This document shows positions 8,641 through 18,037 of a DNA stretch of 32,000 bases, in pieces. Under the pieces are notes generated by a model that worked only from the letters and a program-made list of their open reading frames with translations, was not told the origin of the DNA and ran no database searches. The stretch comes from Erysipelotrichaceae bacterium (lineage in GTDB: Bacteria; Bacillota_I; Bacilli_A; Erysipelotrichales; Erysipelotrichaceae), in the NCBI GenBank assembly GCA_963663995.1, contig OY760660.1, positions 1,380,001 to 1,412,000 on the forward strand. The letters are read 5' to 3'. Numbering within the stretch: position 1 is the first letter of the stretch; every line of letters begins with the position of its first letter. The translations under genes and the position numbers were made by a program.

Positions 8641-9255
8641 ATGTCATACCGCCTACATAATAACACAAGCCATCGCATCAGCCTTAAAAAATCAGAATTT
8701 ATTACCCTGCTTTTTCGTGTAGATTCAATTGAAGAGGTTAAGGCAATAATAAAAGATGTTCGCAAGGAACACTATAAAGCCACCCATGTTTGTACTGCTT
8801 TTCGTGTTAATGAACTCGAACAAGCAAGTGATGATGGTGAACCAAGTGGGACAGCTGGACAACCCATCTTGGAAGTACTTCGATCAATGGATGTTGAAAA
8901 TATACTTGCTTGTGTGGTTCGTTATTATGGTGGAATACAGTTAGGTGCAGGCGGCTTAATTCGTGCTTACAGATCATCCGTTTCTGAAGCTATTCATCAA
9001 GCTGATTTAACCGAACTTATGACTATTACAGAAACGATATGTTCGATCAGTTATTCCCAGCTCGATCAAAAATTATTAGCGATTGAAAAGATTGCTGAAA
9101 TTATCGATAAACAATTTGAAACGGAAGTTATCTTAGCTTTACATACCAATACGGATATAAGTGAAAAACTTAATGAAATTACCAATGGACAAATCGTTCT
9201 AAAATCAATTTCTCAAAAGCAAATTGAGAAAGTTCTCAAACAAAAGGGGGTATAG
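8641..9255 (+). CDS. yigZ: IMPACT/YigZ (UPF0029) family protein
   Basis: I trimmed the start to the ATG at 8641, because the track ORF from 8542 overlaps purB. LKKSEFITLLFRV ... HYKATHVCTAF ... DDGEPSGTAG ... VVRYYGGIQLGAGGL are YigZ hallmarks. Confidence 0.8.
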   Translation: MSYRLHNNTSHRISLKKSEFITLLFRVDSIEEVKAIIKDVRKEHYKATHVCTAFRVNELEQASDDGEPSGTAGQPILEVLRSMDVENILACVVRYYGGIQLGAGGLIRAYRSSVSEAIHQADLTELMTITETICSISYSQLDQKLLAIEKIAEIIDKQFETEVILALHTNTDISEKLNEITNGQIVLKSISQKQIEKVLKQKGV

Positions 9256-9262
9256 TACTAAT

Positions 9263-9553
9263 ATGGAAGATAAAATTGTTTTATGTAAAAAATATGAAGA
9301 AGTATTCTCTTGGATTGGAAAACGCTGGACTGGACTCATTCTAAGATGTTTAAGTATGCAAGCAATGCGTTTTAAAGAATTAGCGCGTTGCGTCGATGCT
9401 TGTAGTGAAAAAGTCTTAACCGAAAGACTAAAGGAATTACTTGAAATTGGTTTAATCCAATTAAATGATAGTCATTATTCATTAACTGATTTAGGGGTTG
9501 AACTCAATAAAGCATTAGATGCTGTTCAGAAGTTTGCCGATGATAATTTATAG
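9263..9553 (+). CDS. HxlR (DUF24) family winged-helix regulator, YodB/HypR-like with a conserved N-terminal Cys
   Basis: ATG at 9263 follows an AAAAGGGGG SD. LCKKYEEVFSWIGKRWTGLIL aligns with the YodB MCPKMESAFSLLGKRWNGLII region, including the sensing Cys. Confidence 0.8.
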   Translation: MEDKIVLCKKYEEVFSWIGKRWTGLILRCLSMQAMRFKELARCVDACSEKVLTERLKELLEIGLIQLNDSHYSLTDLGVELNKALDAVQKFADDNL

Positions 9554-9641
9554 TACTTACTTTTTGTAAGCATATTGCTTGTAGTTTAGTTCATAGGTTT
9601 TTATACTTGTCTTAGTTGATAAAACAACAAGGAGAAAACTT

Positions 9642-10241
9642 ATGAGTTTAAAATTATCAGTTATTTATTACAGTACCTATGGATCAAATGTTCAATTAGC
9701 TAAGTGGGCTAAAGAGAAAGCTGAAAGCCTAGGTGCAGAAGTTAGAGTTAGACAAGTGGCTGAACTAGCTCCACAAGCTGTTATTGATTCACAAGAAGCA
9801 TGGATTGCTAACCAAGAAGCTACAAAAGATATTCCTGTCGCGAGTTCTGATGATATTGAATGGGCTGATGCTATTCTGTTCTCAGTTCCAAGTCGATTTG
9901 GGAATGTTCCATCACAGTTCAAGCAATTCATCGATACACAAGGTGGTCTTTGGGCAACTGGTAAAACCGTAAATAAAGTTGTCAGCGCAATGAGTTCTGC
10001 TCAAAATCCACATGGTGGACAAGAAGCAACGATTCTTAACTTATATACATCCATGTATCACTGGGGCGCGATTGTTGTTGCACCAGGTTATACAGATCCT
10101 TCAATTGGTTTAGCTGGTGGTAATCCTTACGGAACTAGCGTTTCAATTAATCAAGCTGGTGAAATGGTAGAAGATGTAAGACCTGCTGTTGAACACCAAG
10201 TTAAACGTTTATTAGAAGTAGCCGCAAAAGTTAAAGCGTAA
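9642..10241 (+). CDS. wrbA: NAD(P)H:quinone oxidoreductase, WrbA-type flavodoxin-like protein
   Basis: VIYYSTYGSN start, FSVPSRFGN, and the GGQE ... HWG motifs of WrbA. AAGGAGA SD. Confidence 0.9.
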   Translation: MSLKLSVIYYSTYGSNVQLAKWAKEKAESLGAEVRVRQVAELAPQAVIDSQEAWIANQEATKDIPVASSDDIEWADAILFSVPSRFGNVPSQFKQFIDTQGGLWATGKTVNKVVSAMSSAQNPHGGQEATILNLYTSMYHWGAIVVAPGYTDPSIGLAGGNPYGTSVSINQAGEMVEDVRPAVEHQVKRLLEVAAKVKA

Positions 10242-10243
10242 AG

Positions 10244-10267
10244 AAAAGGTAGAATCTACCTTTTTTT
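10244..10267. terminator. Bidirectional terminator between convergent wrbA and the EamA gene
   Basis: AAAAGGTAG-aat-CTACCTTTTTTT: stem flanked by an A-run and a T-run. Confidence 0.75.
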
Positions 10268-11121
10268 CATGCTCTTTTAAATAGTTGAATTATCCTTGGA
10301 CCAATTTCAATCATCACTACCGATGAAATCATTAAGCCTCCACCAATAATTAGTTTTAAACTAAGTGGTTCTGATAATAAGAGTATCGCAAATAATGCCC
10401 CAAAGAAAGATTCCAAGGTCATCAGTAAGCCAGCGACCGTCGGATGAGTATGCGCTTGTCCATACATCATGGTAAACATCCCTACACCACTTGCCATAAT
10501 CCCAATATAAAGAAGGTATCCATAGCCCGTACTTGGCAGAGCCTGCTTTTCAAAGAAAGCAAAGATAAAACCAAAGATTGAGAGTGTAAAAGTTTGAATA
10601 GCGGTAGCGGAAACTAAGTCCCCATGATGTGTTAATCGCTCATTTAGAATAATGTGTACCGCAAAGAAGAAAGCACAAGCAACAATCAGTAAGTCGCCTA
10701 TATTAATTGAGAAACTTGAATCTAAACTCAAGAAGGCCGTTCCTGCGACTGCCATGACTATCGACACAAAGATACTTGTGGTCATTTTATGTTGACGCCA
10801 CAGAAGTAATGGAACAAATACAACATAAAGAACGGTTATGAATGAAGCATTTTGAACACTCGATAATTTTTGCCCATAAGTTTGCAAAAGCAAACCTAAG
10901 AATAAGAAGAAACCAACAATGAATCCTTCAATCATTAATTTCTTATTTAACCAAAATTTATTTTTATAACTAAAGAGTGTTAAAAAAAGACCTCCAATAA
11001 GTCCACGCATTCCCAATAACTGAAAAGTTGTCCAACCACCATCAAGGGCTAGATCAATAAACGAAAATGAAATACCCCAAATAACAGCCGTTAAAATGAG
11101 TGATATCTTACCCTTATTCAT
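10267..11121 (-). CDS. EamA/DMT superfamily transporter
   Basis: 284 aa, about 10 TM segments in two EamA-like halves. Its start overlaps the xpt stop by 8 nt. Confidence 0.8.
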   Translation of the reverse strand: MNKGKISLILTAVIWGISFSFIDLALDGGWTTFQLLGMRGLIGGLFLTLFSYKNKFWLNKKLMIEGFIVGFFLFLGLLLQTYGQKLSSVQNASFITVLYVVFVPLLLWRQHKMTTSIFVSIVMAVAGTAFLSLDSSFSINIGDLLIVACAFFFAVHIILNERLTHHGDLVSATAIQTFTLSIFGFIFAFFEKQALPSTGYGYLLYIGIMASGVGMFTMMYGQAHTHPTVAGLLMTLESFFGALFAILLLSEPLSLKLIIGGGLMISSVVMIEIGPRIIQLFKRA

Positions 11122-11692
11122 CTCTTAAAAATACTTTTCCGTTCTCAATACGATCGATGATCGCACAAGAAACTAAATCTACATTCATATCTCTTAACAT
11201 TTTCCCACCTGTATCAAATCCTTTTTCTATTGCTATACCAACGCCAACACAAGTAGCATCTGCTTGTTTAATCAAATCCATCAATCCTAAGACTGCATGT
11301 CCTTTTGCTAAGAAATCATCAATAACTAATACCTTCATATCTTTTTTTAAATAGTCTTTAGACACATAAATACGTGTATCAATATTCTTTGTGGCAGAAT
11401 GAACAATCGTTGTATAGATATTTTCTTGGTGAAGTGAGTTATTTCCTTTTTTCGCAAAGAGAACTGGAACTTTTAACTTTTGGGCAGCCATGATTGCTAG
11501 TGCTATTCCTGAAGCTTCTATTGTTAAGATTAAGTCGATGTCTTTATCTTCAAATGAAGAAGTGAATACATGGCCCATTTTTTCAAGTAATTCAATATTA
11601 AGACGATGATTTAAAAAACCATCTACTTTAACCATATTGTCATTAATGACAATTGCTTCTTGAACTATTCTTTCCTTTAATTCTTTTATCAT
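11114..11692 (-). CDS. xpt: Xanthine phosphoribosyltransferase
   Basis: LKERI ... VKVDGFLNHRLN start and the VLVIDDFLAKGHA PRPP-binding motif. Confidence 0.9.
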   Translation of the reverse strand: MIKELKERIVQEAIVINDNMVKVDGFLNHRLNIELLEKMGHVFTSSFEDKDIDLILTIEASGIALAIMAAQKLKVPVLFAKKGNNSLHQENIYTTIVHSATKNIDTRIYVSKDYLKKDMKVLVIDDFLAKGHAVLGLMDLIKQADATCVGVGIAIEKGFDTGGKMLRDMNVDLVSCAIIDRIENGKVFLRDE

Positions 11693-11702
11693 AAGTCTCT
11701 CT

Positions 11703-11711
11703 ATTTTATCA
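11703..11711 (-). promoter_or_regulatory. Extended -10 box TGaTAAAAT, 10 nt upstream of the xpt ATG
   Basis: The minus strand reads gTGATAAAATagagagacttATG, immediately after the prs terminator. Confidence 0.35.
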
Positions 11712-11721
11712 CTTAAGTTAT

Positions 11722-11744
11722 AAAAAAACCCACATTGTGGGTTT
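11722..11744 (-). terminator. Rho-independent terminator after prs
   Basis: The minus strand reads AAACCCACaatGTGGGTTTTTTTA. The stem overlaps the prs stop codon. Confidence 0.75.
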
Positions 11745-12714
11745 AAGATTTAGTATCCTCATTAAACATCTTATACATTTCAGAGACAGGTGTATGTAAG
11801 TGTATCGCTTGAATCGTACGAGCCAACATATAACCAATTGAAATTTGTTTAATTTTTGGTTCTTTTTTCATTTCATCTGTGAGTGGAATAGAGTTTGTCA
11901 CAACGACTTCTTTTACAGAAGAATTCGCAATATTCTCTAAAGCTTTCCCTGAGAAGATTCCGTGAGAACAAGCACAGTAAACTTCCGTTGCACCTTTATC
12001 ATATAGCATCTTTACACCACCCATGATGGTTCCACCGGTATCAATGATGTCATCAACGATGATACATGTTTTACCATCTACATCCCCAATGAGGTTTAAT
12101 GCTTCAGCCACATTTGGTTTTGTTCGACGTTTATCAATAATCGCGATTGTACTATTTGGTAATGTATCTGATAAATTACGTGCTCGTGTTGCACCACCAT
12201 GATCTGGTGAAACCACAACGACTTCATTTTCAAATTGTTTTGTTCTGAAATATTGGCCTAACATTGAAACCGCTGTTAAGTCATCTGTAGGAATATCAAA
12301 GTATCCTTGAATTTGTGGAGCATGTAGATCTAAAGTCACGACACGATCTGCTCCAGCAGTGGTTAGTAAGTTAGCCATTAACTTTGCAGTAATTGGTTGA
12401 CGAGCTCTTGCTTTACGATCTTGTCTTGCATAACCGTAATAAGGCATAACCACAGTAACTTTTTCAGCAGATGCACGTTTACATGCATCTAAAGCAATGA
12501 GTACTTCCATATAAGCATCTGTTACTGGACGACATGTTGATTGGACAATGAAAACATGTTTACCACGTACAGATTCAAGAGGTTCAATAATGATTTCTCC
12601 ATCTGCAAAATGTCTGACCGCAATTTGTCCTCGATCAATACCTAGTGTTGCACAAATCTCATCAGCAAGTTCGATACTTGTTGAAAGTGCAAATACAATA
12701 ATATCCTTTACCAT
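11743..12714 (-). CDS. prs: Ribose-phosphate pyrophosphokinase
   Basis: YYGYARQDRK, DLHAPQIQGYF and IVDDIIDTGGT motifs. GGAGAGGG SD. Confidence 0.95.
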   Translation of the reverse strand: MVKDIIVFALSTSIELADEICATLGIDRGQIAVRHFADGEIIIEPLESVRGKHVFIVQSTCRPVTDAYMEVLIALDACKRASAEKVTVVMPYYGYARQDRKARARQPITAKLMANLLTTAGADRVVTLDLHAPQIQGYFDIPTDDLTAVSMLGQYFRTKQFENEVVVVSPDHGGATRARNLSDTLPNSTIAIIDKRRTKPNVAEALNLIGDVDGKTCIIVDDIIDTGGTIMGGVKMLYDKGATEVYCACSHGIFSGKALENIANSSVKEVVVTNSIPLTDEMKKEPKIKQISIGYMLARTIQAIHLHTPVSEMYKMFNEDTKS

Positions 12715-12725
12715 TTTTCCCTCTC

Positions 12726-14090
12726 CTATTTCTTGTTCTTCTCTTTGTAACGCAAACCTAATCCTTCTTTATTGATTTGACGTGCACGCGCAATTGCCAT
12801 ATCTGTTTCTAGGACATCTTCATAGATTGTAGAGCCAGCCGCAACGACTGCGTTTTTACCAATTTTAATGGGTGCAATCAAGTTCGCATTTGAACCAATA
12901 AAAGCACCATCTTCAATCACGGTTTGGAATTTATTTTTCCCATCGTAATTAACTGTAACCACACCACAACCCATATTTACATTTGCCCCTACTATACTAT
13001 CACCTAAATAGGTTAAATGGGCACATCTTGAGTCATAACCGAAACTTGTTTTCTTCATTTCTACGAAATTACCAATACGATTCTTATCTGCAATCACACA
13101 ATGCATTCTAAGATGAGCATAAGGCCCAATATTAACCTCATTCCCCACTTCAGAATCAGTGATTCGTGAAGCATCAATCTTCACATCATTGCCAATACTT
13201 GTGTTTGATAAATAAGTATTCGGTAATAGTGTCACATTATTCCCAATCGTATTCTTGTTTTCACAATAAACATTTGGATAAACTGTGACATCCGTTCCAA
13301 GTGTTGTATTCAGTGATATAAAAGATAAGTTAGGATCAACAAAGCTAACCCCATCTTTCATCCAATTTGTATTAATCTTCATTTGAATCCATTTAGCAGC
13401 TTTCGCTAAATCAATTCGATCATTAACACCTTGGACTTCATCAACATCATCAATTACTAAAGCTTGAACTTTTCCACCATGACTTAAAATAATTTCAACT
13501 AAATCCGTTAAATAAAATTCCTTTTGCGCATTATCATTTTTAAGCTCTTTCATATAAGCATGAAGTGCTTTATTTTTTACACAATAAATACCTGTATTAA
13601 TTTCTTTAACAAGTTTCTCTGATTCTGAACAATCCTTATACTCAACAATAGCCTTTGCTTGACCTTGAGTATCTCGAACTAAACGACCATATTGTTTAGG
13701 ATCATCTAAGATTGCTGTATAAATGGTCATATCAAAATCTTTATTAACATCAAAGATTTTTTCCATTGTTTCTGATTGAATACAAGGAACATCTCCATAA
13801 AGAATAATGGTATCTCCATCATCATTTAAAATGGGTAAAGCTTGCATAACCGCATGGCCAGTACCCAATTGTTCAGTCTGTGTTGCATATGAAACACTTG
13901 TTTTTAAACAGTCTTGAACCACTTCCGCTTTATGACCTACCACAACTATTGTTTGATCTACATTAATTCGATCTAAATGACTTGTGATATGAACAATCAT
14001 AGGTTCACTTAAAATCGGATGCATAACCTTAGGTAATTCCGATTTCATTCTTGTGCCTTTACCAGCCGCTAATATAATCGCACTTCTCAT
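12726..14090 (-). CDS. glmU: Bifunctional UDP-N-acetylglucosamine pyrophosphorylase / glucosamine-1-phosphate N-acetyltransferase
   Basis: ILAAGKGTRMKS N-terminus, a long left-handed beta-helix hexapeptide-repeat C-terminal half, and 454 aa length. Confidence 0.95.
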   Translation of the reverse strand: MRSAIILAAGKGTRMKSELPKVMHPILSEPMIVHITSHLDRINVDQTIVVVGHKAEVVQDCLKTSVSYATQTEQLGTGHAVMQALPILNDDGDTIILYGDVPCIQSETMEKIFDVNKDFDMTIYTAILDDPKQYGRLVRDTQGQAKAIVEYKDCSESEKLVKEINTGIYCVKNKALHAYMKELKNDNAQKEFYLTDLVEIILSHGGKVQALVIDDVDEVQGVNDRIDLAKAAKWIQMKINTNWMKDGVSFVDPNLSFISLNTTLGTDVTVYPNVYCENKNTIGNNVTLLPNTYLSNTSIGNDVKIDASRITDSEVGNEVNIGPYAHLRMHCVIADKNRIGNFVEMKKTSFGYDSRCAHLTYLGDSIVGANVNMGCGVVTVNYDGKNKFQTVIEDGAFIGSNANLIAPIKIGKNAVVAAGSTIYEDVLETDMAIARARQINKEGLGLRYKEKNKK

Positions 14091-14109
14091 TGATTTAATT
14101 CTCCCATAC

Positions 14110-14973
14110 CTATTTTAACAAATTATCACTAGCCTCAACCATTAATGATGTCTTTCTTACAAAGCGCACACGCCCTCTAAAATATTTAACACATTGGTCG
14201 ATAATTTCTTCATTTTGACTAAAGCCCATCACCACTGAACCTGATCCACTCATCTGTGTTGCATCACAGCCTAACTGAATCAATTCATCTTTAATTTCCT
14301 GAATTTGTGGAACTAACTTAATCGCTACATCTTCAAAACTGTTCCCTAAGTTCTTACATAATGTTGAATAATCTTGACTGACTAACGCATCCTTTAATTG
14401 ATCAATATCTGGATGTTTTAAATGTGGATAATCTAAACCTGCAAAAGCCTTAACTGTTGATACACCTTTTTTAGCTTGAACTAAAACAACGTGAGTTGTT
14501 GATTTAAAATCAAAGAATTGAAGCTTATCTCCAATCCCTTCAACTAAAGCAGGTTTATTAAAAACACAGAAAGGAACATCAGCCCCAACTTCTTTAGCGA
14601 TTTCAATTTTTTCATCATCAGAAAGATTCCAACCATAATGATCAATTAAATAATTAAAGACAGCCGCTGCATCTGCACTACCTCCCCCAATTCCTGCTTG
14701 AGAGGGGATATGTTTATGTAAAGTGACTGAGAAATGTTCATGAAAGTTAAAGCGATCACGACACACCTTTATCATCTTTAATATTGTGTTCTTTTCTGGA
14801 TGAATATAAAACTTAGGATAGACTCTAAATCGATCTTCTTTATAGGGATGAATCATGATTTGATCGTGTAGTGTAATTGGCACAAACAATGATTTTAAAT
14901 CATGATAACCCATTTCATTTTTACCAACAATGTCTAATCCAAGATTGACCTTAGCATAAGCATTCAATTTCAT
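14110..14973 (-). CDS. ispE: 4-diphosphocytidyl-2-C-methyl-D-erythritol kinase
   Basis: AYAKVNLGLDI start and the IPSQAGIGGGSADAAA GHMP-kinase motif. 4-nt overlap with rsmA. Confidence 0.9.
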   Translation of the reverse strand: MKLNAYAKVNLGLDIVGKNEMGYHDLKSLFVPITLHDQIMIHPYKEDRFRVYPKFYIHPEKNTILKMIKVCRDRFNFHEHFSVTLHKHIPSQAGIGGGSADAAAVFNYLIDHYGWNLSDDEKIEIAKEVGADVPFCVFNKPALVEGIGDKLQFFDFKSTTHVVLVQAKKGVSTVKAFAGLDYPHLKHPDIDQLKDALVSQDYSTLCKNLGNSFEDVAIKLVPQIQEIKDELIQLGCDATQMSGSGSVVMGFSQNEEIIDQCVKYFRGRVRFVRKTSLMVEASDNLLK

Positions 14974-15779
14974 GCATTAACCCTTTTATATAATTCTTCG
15001 AATTGTTCTTTACTCAATGCTTCTGCACGGATACTTTGTGAAAGATCCATGTCAGTTAAAATATCTTTTAAATTTTCTACATCTCTTAAGTTATTCACCA
15101 ATGTTTTACGTCTTTGTGTAAAAGCTTTTTTCACAAATGAAAAGTACGCACTTAAGTTTTTTGTATCGACATTATCTTTACGTCTTAATTGCACCACTGC
15201 TGAATCAACATTAGGTTTTGGCATAAAGACATTGGCATTTACTTTTAGAACTGTTTTAACGTCGCACAAGGTATTTAAAATAATACTTAACGCATTGTAT
15301 TCTTTGGTCCCTACTTCAGCACTCAAACGATCTGCAACTTCTTTTTGAACCATTATCGTGATGACTTTAATTTGGTCTAAGTTCTCTAAGATATGAAACA
15401 AGATTGGCGTCGTAATGTAATAAGGTAAATTGCCCACACAGTGACTCGCTTTAAAGTCTGTATTGGTAACAGTTAAAAAGTCTTGATTTATAACTTCAAC
15501 ATTTGCATTTTCAAAATGTTGATTAAGATGTTCTATCCAATCTCTATCAATTTCATATGCTGTTACAGAGTGTGCTAAAAAAGAAACTTGTTCAGTTAGT
15601 GACCCTAAACCTGGTCCGACTTCAATAACATTTTTATCCTTAACATCTGCCAATTCAGCAATCTTCTTAACAACAGATGGATCAATAATAAAGTTTTGTC
15701 CAAACTTTTTCTTTGCCGATTTATTATGTTCTTTAAGTATTCTTATTGTCTCTGAATGAGCACTAATCGGTTTCTTCAT
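14970..15779 (-). CDS. rsmA: 16S rRNA (adenine1518/1519-N6)-dimethyltransferase
   Basis: KKFGQNFI, VIEVGPGLGSLT SAM motif, and GNLPYYITTPI. Confidence 0.95.
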   Translation of the reverse strand: MKKPISAHSETIRILKEHNKSAKKKFGQNFIIDPSVVKKIAELADVKDKNVIEVGPGLGSLTEQVSFLAHSVTAYEIDRDWIEHLNQHFENANVEVINQDFLTVTNTDFKASHCVGNLPYYITTPILFHILENLDQIKVITIMVQKEVADRLSAEVGTKEYNALSIILNTLCDVKTVLKVNANVFMPKPNVDSAVVQLRRKDNVDTKNLSAYFSFVKKAFTQRRKTLVNNLRDVENLKDILTDMDLSQSIRAEALSKEQFEELYKRVNA

Positions 15780-16290
15780 AGATTAAATCCTTTTTTGATA
15801 AACCAAAGTGATGACACTGTTTTAAAAACTGTTTAGCATTTCCTTCACTCAGGTTTAATTTACGTGCTAATTCATTTCTATTGTGTGATGCTTCTGCATT
15901 ACCACTCAGATTTAAATCAACCAAATCATTCATTGTTAAGTCACTTTTAAGTTCACTTAATTCGATAACATTTTTTAATGCATCTAATAATACTTCTTTG
16001 GATGCATGTTCAATTCCAACTTTTCGTTTATGACGTGCATCCTTTTGGGCTAAGAAAGCTTGTTTTGCACTTGGAATCTCATCTAGGATTCTTTGTCTTA
16101 ATCGCTTTCCTGGATTATCTGGATCAGTAAAGATAATAATTCCATTGCGTTTATTTAAGTCTTTTAAATGAGCTAAGGTTTCTTTTCGTAAATGTGAACC
16201 ATTCGTCACAACAATATCAGCTTCGATTATTTCTTTTAATCGCGCTTCATCATGACGTCCTTCAACGACAATACTTTCTTTAATTTTCAT
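15763..16290 (-). CDS. rnmV: Ribonuclease M5 (5S rRNA maturase, Toprim domain)
   Basis: I trimmed the start to MKIKESIVVEGRHDE, the same N-terminus as B. subtilis RnmV (MKIKE.IVVEG). The longer track ORF runs through the upstream terminator. Confidence 0.85.
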   Translation of the reverse strand: MKIKESIVVEGRHDEARLKEIIEADIVVTNGSHLRKETLAHLKDLNKRNGIIIFTDPDNPGKRLRQRILDEIPSAKQAFLAQKDARHKRKVGIEHASKEVLLDALKNVIELSELKSDLTMNDLVDLNLSGNAEASHNRNELARKLNLSEGNAKQFLKQCHHFGLSKKDLIYEETD

Positions 16291-16297
16291 CGTGTCC

Positions 16298-16306
16298 ATT
16301 ATAACA
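16298..16306 (-). promoter_or_regulatory. Extended -10 box TGtTATAAT, 7 nt upstream of the SD-less rnmV ATG
   Basis: The minus strand reads tgTTATAATggacacgATG, directly after the yabE-like terminator T-run. Confidence 0.45.
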
Positions 16307-16332
16307 AAAACAATCCTATTTCTAGGATTGTC
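16305..16332 (-). terminator. Rho-independent terminator after the yabE-like gene
   Basis: ACAATCCT / AGGATTGT 8-bp stem (16310-16317 / 16324-16331), followed by TTTTTGTT on the minus strand. Confidence 0.8.
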
Positions 16333-16339
16333 TTTTCGC

Positions 16340-17185
16340 TTATTGACAGACTCTTTGTCCGTAACTATTTGTTGACCATTTAAGGAAATCAACAACTGTT
16401 ACTTTTAAACCATTTGTTAGACCACGATCAATAATGCCTAAGTTCTTTTCTGAACCAGCATATAAATCTAAGTGAGTTGTTTTAATCGCTCCACCACGAT
16501 CTAATACAATTGCTTTAAAAGGAACACCTGGGACTAATCCATAGCCACTCATGTTTTTATTTTGTATTTCTAATACTGTACAGAATGGGAATGCTTTATC
16601 AGCCGCCACAATGTAGTAACCTTCATAAGTTAATGTATCTGTATAGATACCACTTGCTTGTCTAACTGAAGTGTTTTTAACTTTAATACCTGATGAAGTC
16701 GTTGCGGCACCATCTAAGCCAATGTTACAACCAACACAGTCATATCCATAACGGGTAATAACAGAGGTATAGAAATAAGCACCGATTTCAACCTTTGCCC
16801 CATACTGATAAACCGTTGGGGTTGCAGGTGTTTCAATATCAGACCCAGGAACTTGTTCTGTAGATAAGAGTTCACCTTTAACATCATAGGTTGAGCGGAT
16901 GGTTGTGGTGATACTTGCTGGTGATCCCGTCGACACTTTTGAGATCAACCAACTATAGCCACTACGTGTACTATCCGTTTGTTTTAATACTGTTTTGACA
17001 GGTGCAGTATCATAAACTGTTTGTAACTCTTCCGAGAAAGTATATGGACTAATTTGTGTATTATTCTGTAATAATGTTGTGTCTTGCGCTTGCAAAAGGA
17101 CAATTTCTTTTGTCTCTTCAGGCGCTGAGCAGGCTGTAAAAGATAACAATAAGCTGCATAATAGTAGTTTTTTAAACCGTTTCAC
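16340..17185 (-). CDS. Lipoprotein with a C-terminal 3D (RlpA-like double-psi beta-barrel) domain, YabE-like by position
   Basis: GTG start 6 nt after GGAGGA. Signal peptide with lipobox LSFTAC. The C-terminus AADKAFPFCTVLEI ... VLDRGGAIK ... HLDLY has the three-Asp 3D-domain pattern. It sits between tatD(yabD) and rnmV, as yabE does in B. subtilis. Confidence 0.65.
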   Translation of the reverse strand: MKRFKKLLLCSLLLSFTACSAPEETKEIVLLQAQDTTLLQNNTQISPYTFSEELQTVYDTAPVKTVLKQTDSTRSGYSWLISKVSTGSPASITTTIRSTYDVKGELLSTEQVPGSDIETPATPTVYQYGAKVEIGAYFYTSVITRYGYDCVGCNIGLDGAATTSSGIKVKNTSVRQASGIYTDTLTYEGYYIVAADKAFPFCTVLEIQNKNMSGYGLVPGVPFKAIVLDRGGAIKTTHLDLYAGSEKNLGIIDRGLTNGLKVTVVDFLKWSTNSYGQRVCQ

Positions 17186-17220
17186 AGTCGTTCCTCCCTA
17201 TTTTTGTCTAAGACTAAGGG

Positions 17221-17249
17221 ATAATAGCACATCAATAATTATTTGTAAA
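17221..17249 (-). promoter_or_regulatory. Candidate sigma-A-type promoter for the yabE-like gene (TTTACA-N17-TATTAT)
   Basis: Minus strand: TTTACA (complement of 17244-17249), a 17-nt spacer, then TATTAT (complement of 17221-17226). Confidence 0.4.
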
Positions 17250-17260
17250 CCTTTTAGAAC

Positions 17261-18037
17261 TTACACTGATTGAGTGAATAATCGATTGAAATTATGAAAA
17301 AGCACTTTCTTTAATTCATCTAATGGAATTTCTTTTAATGAAGCAATCACTGCTGCTGTCTCAATAACATAACTACTTTCATTGCGTTTTCCACGATGTG
17401 GACTAGGACTTAAGTAAGGTGCATCTGTCTCAATATGTAAGTGATTTATATCAATATGCTTTGCAACTTCTTTTGGTGTATGAGCATTCTTAAAAGTCAC
17501 TGGACCCGCTAAGCTAATATCATATCCAATCTTTATAAACTCATTTGCCATTTCTAAACTACCTGAATAACAATGTAGAATACCCGATGCAATGGCACGA
17601 TGTTCTTTCATAATCTTATAGGTTACTTCACTAGCATCGCGCATATGAACTAAGATTGGTTTGTTTAATTCATTCGCAATTTCTATTTGTTTAATAAAGA
17701 GCTCTTCTTGTCTTTGATGAACATCATGATCTTTGACCCAATAGTGATCTAAACCAATCTCACCAATCGCAATAACTTCATCTCTTTTCATCATCGCTAA
17801 CATGATTGGCCAATCTGAGTCTTTGATATCATCCACTTCTTCTGGATGAAATCCCACAGCGACTTTAAAGATTGAATCTGTTTGTGCAAGTTTAAGTGCA
17901 CTTTGCCCACCTTCAATTCCAACGCCCACTAAAAGAATCGTCCCAATCCCGACATCTTTTGCCCGTTGGATGACATCATTAATATCTTCAGTAAATTCTT
18001 CAGACGCTAAGTGCGCATGTGTATCAATCCAAAACAT
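17261..18037 (-). CDS. tatD: TatD family metal-dependent DNase/hydrolase (YabD-like)
   Basis: IDTHAHL start, GEIGLDHYW, HCYSGS and ETDAPYL motifs. The start abuts the mnmE stop with no gap. Confidence 0.9.
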   Translation of the reverse strand: MFWIDTHAHLASEEFTEDINDVIQRAKDVGIGTILLVGVGIEGGQSALKLAQTDSIFKVAVGFHPEEVDDIKDSDWPIMLAMMKRDEVIAIGEIGLDHYWVKDHDVHQRQEELFIKQIEIANELNKPILVHMRDASEVTYKIMKEHRAIASGILHCYSGSLEMANEFIKIGYDISLAGPVTFKNAHTPKEVAKHIDINHLHIETDAPYLSPSPHRGKRNESSYVIETAAVIASLKEIPLDELKKVLFHNFNRLFTQSV

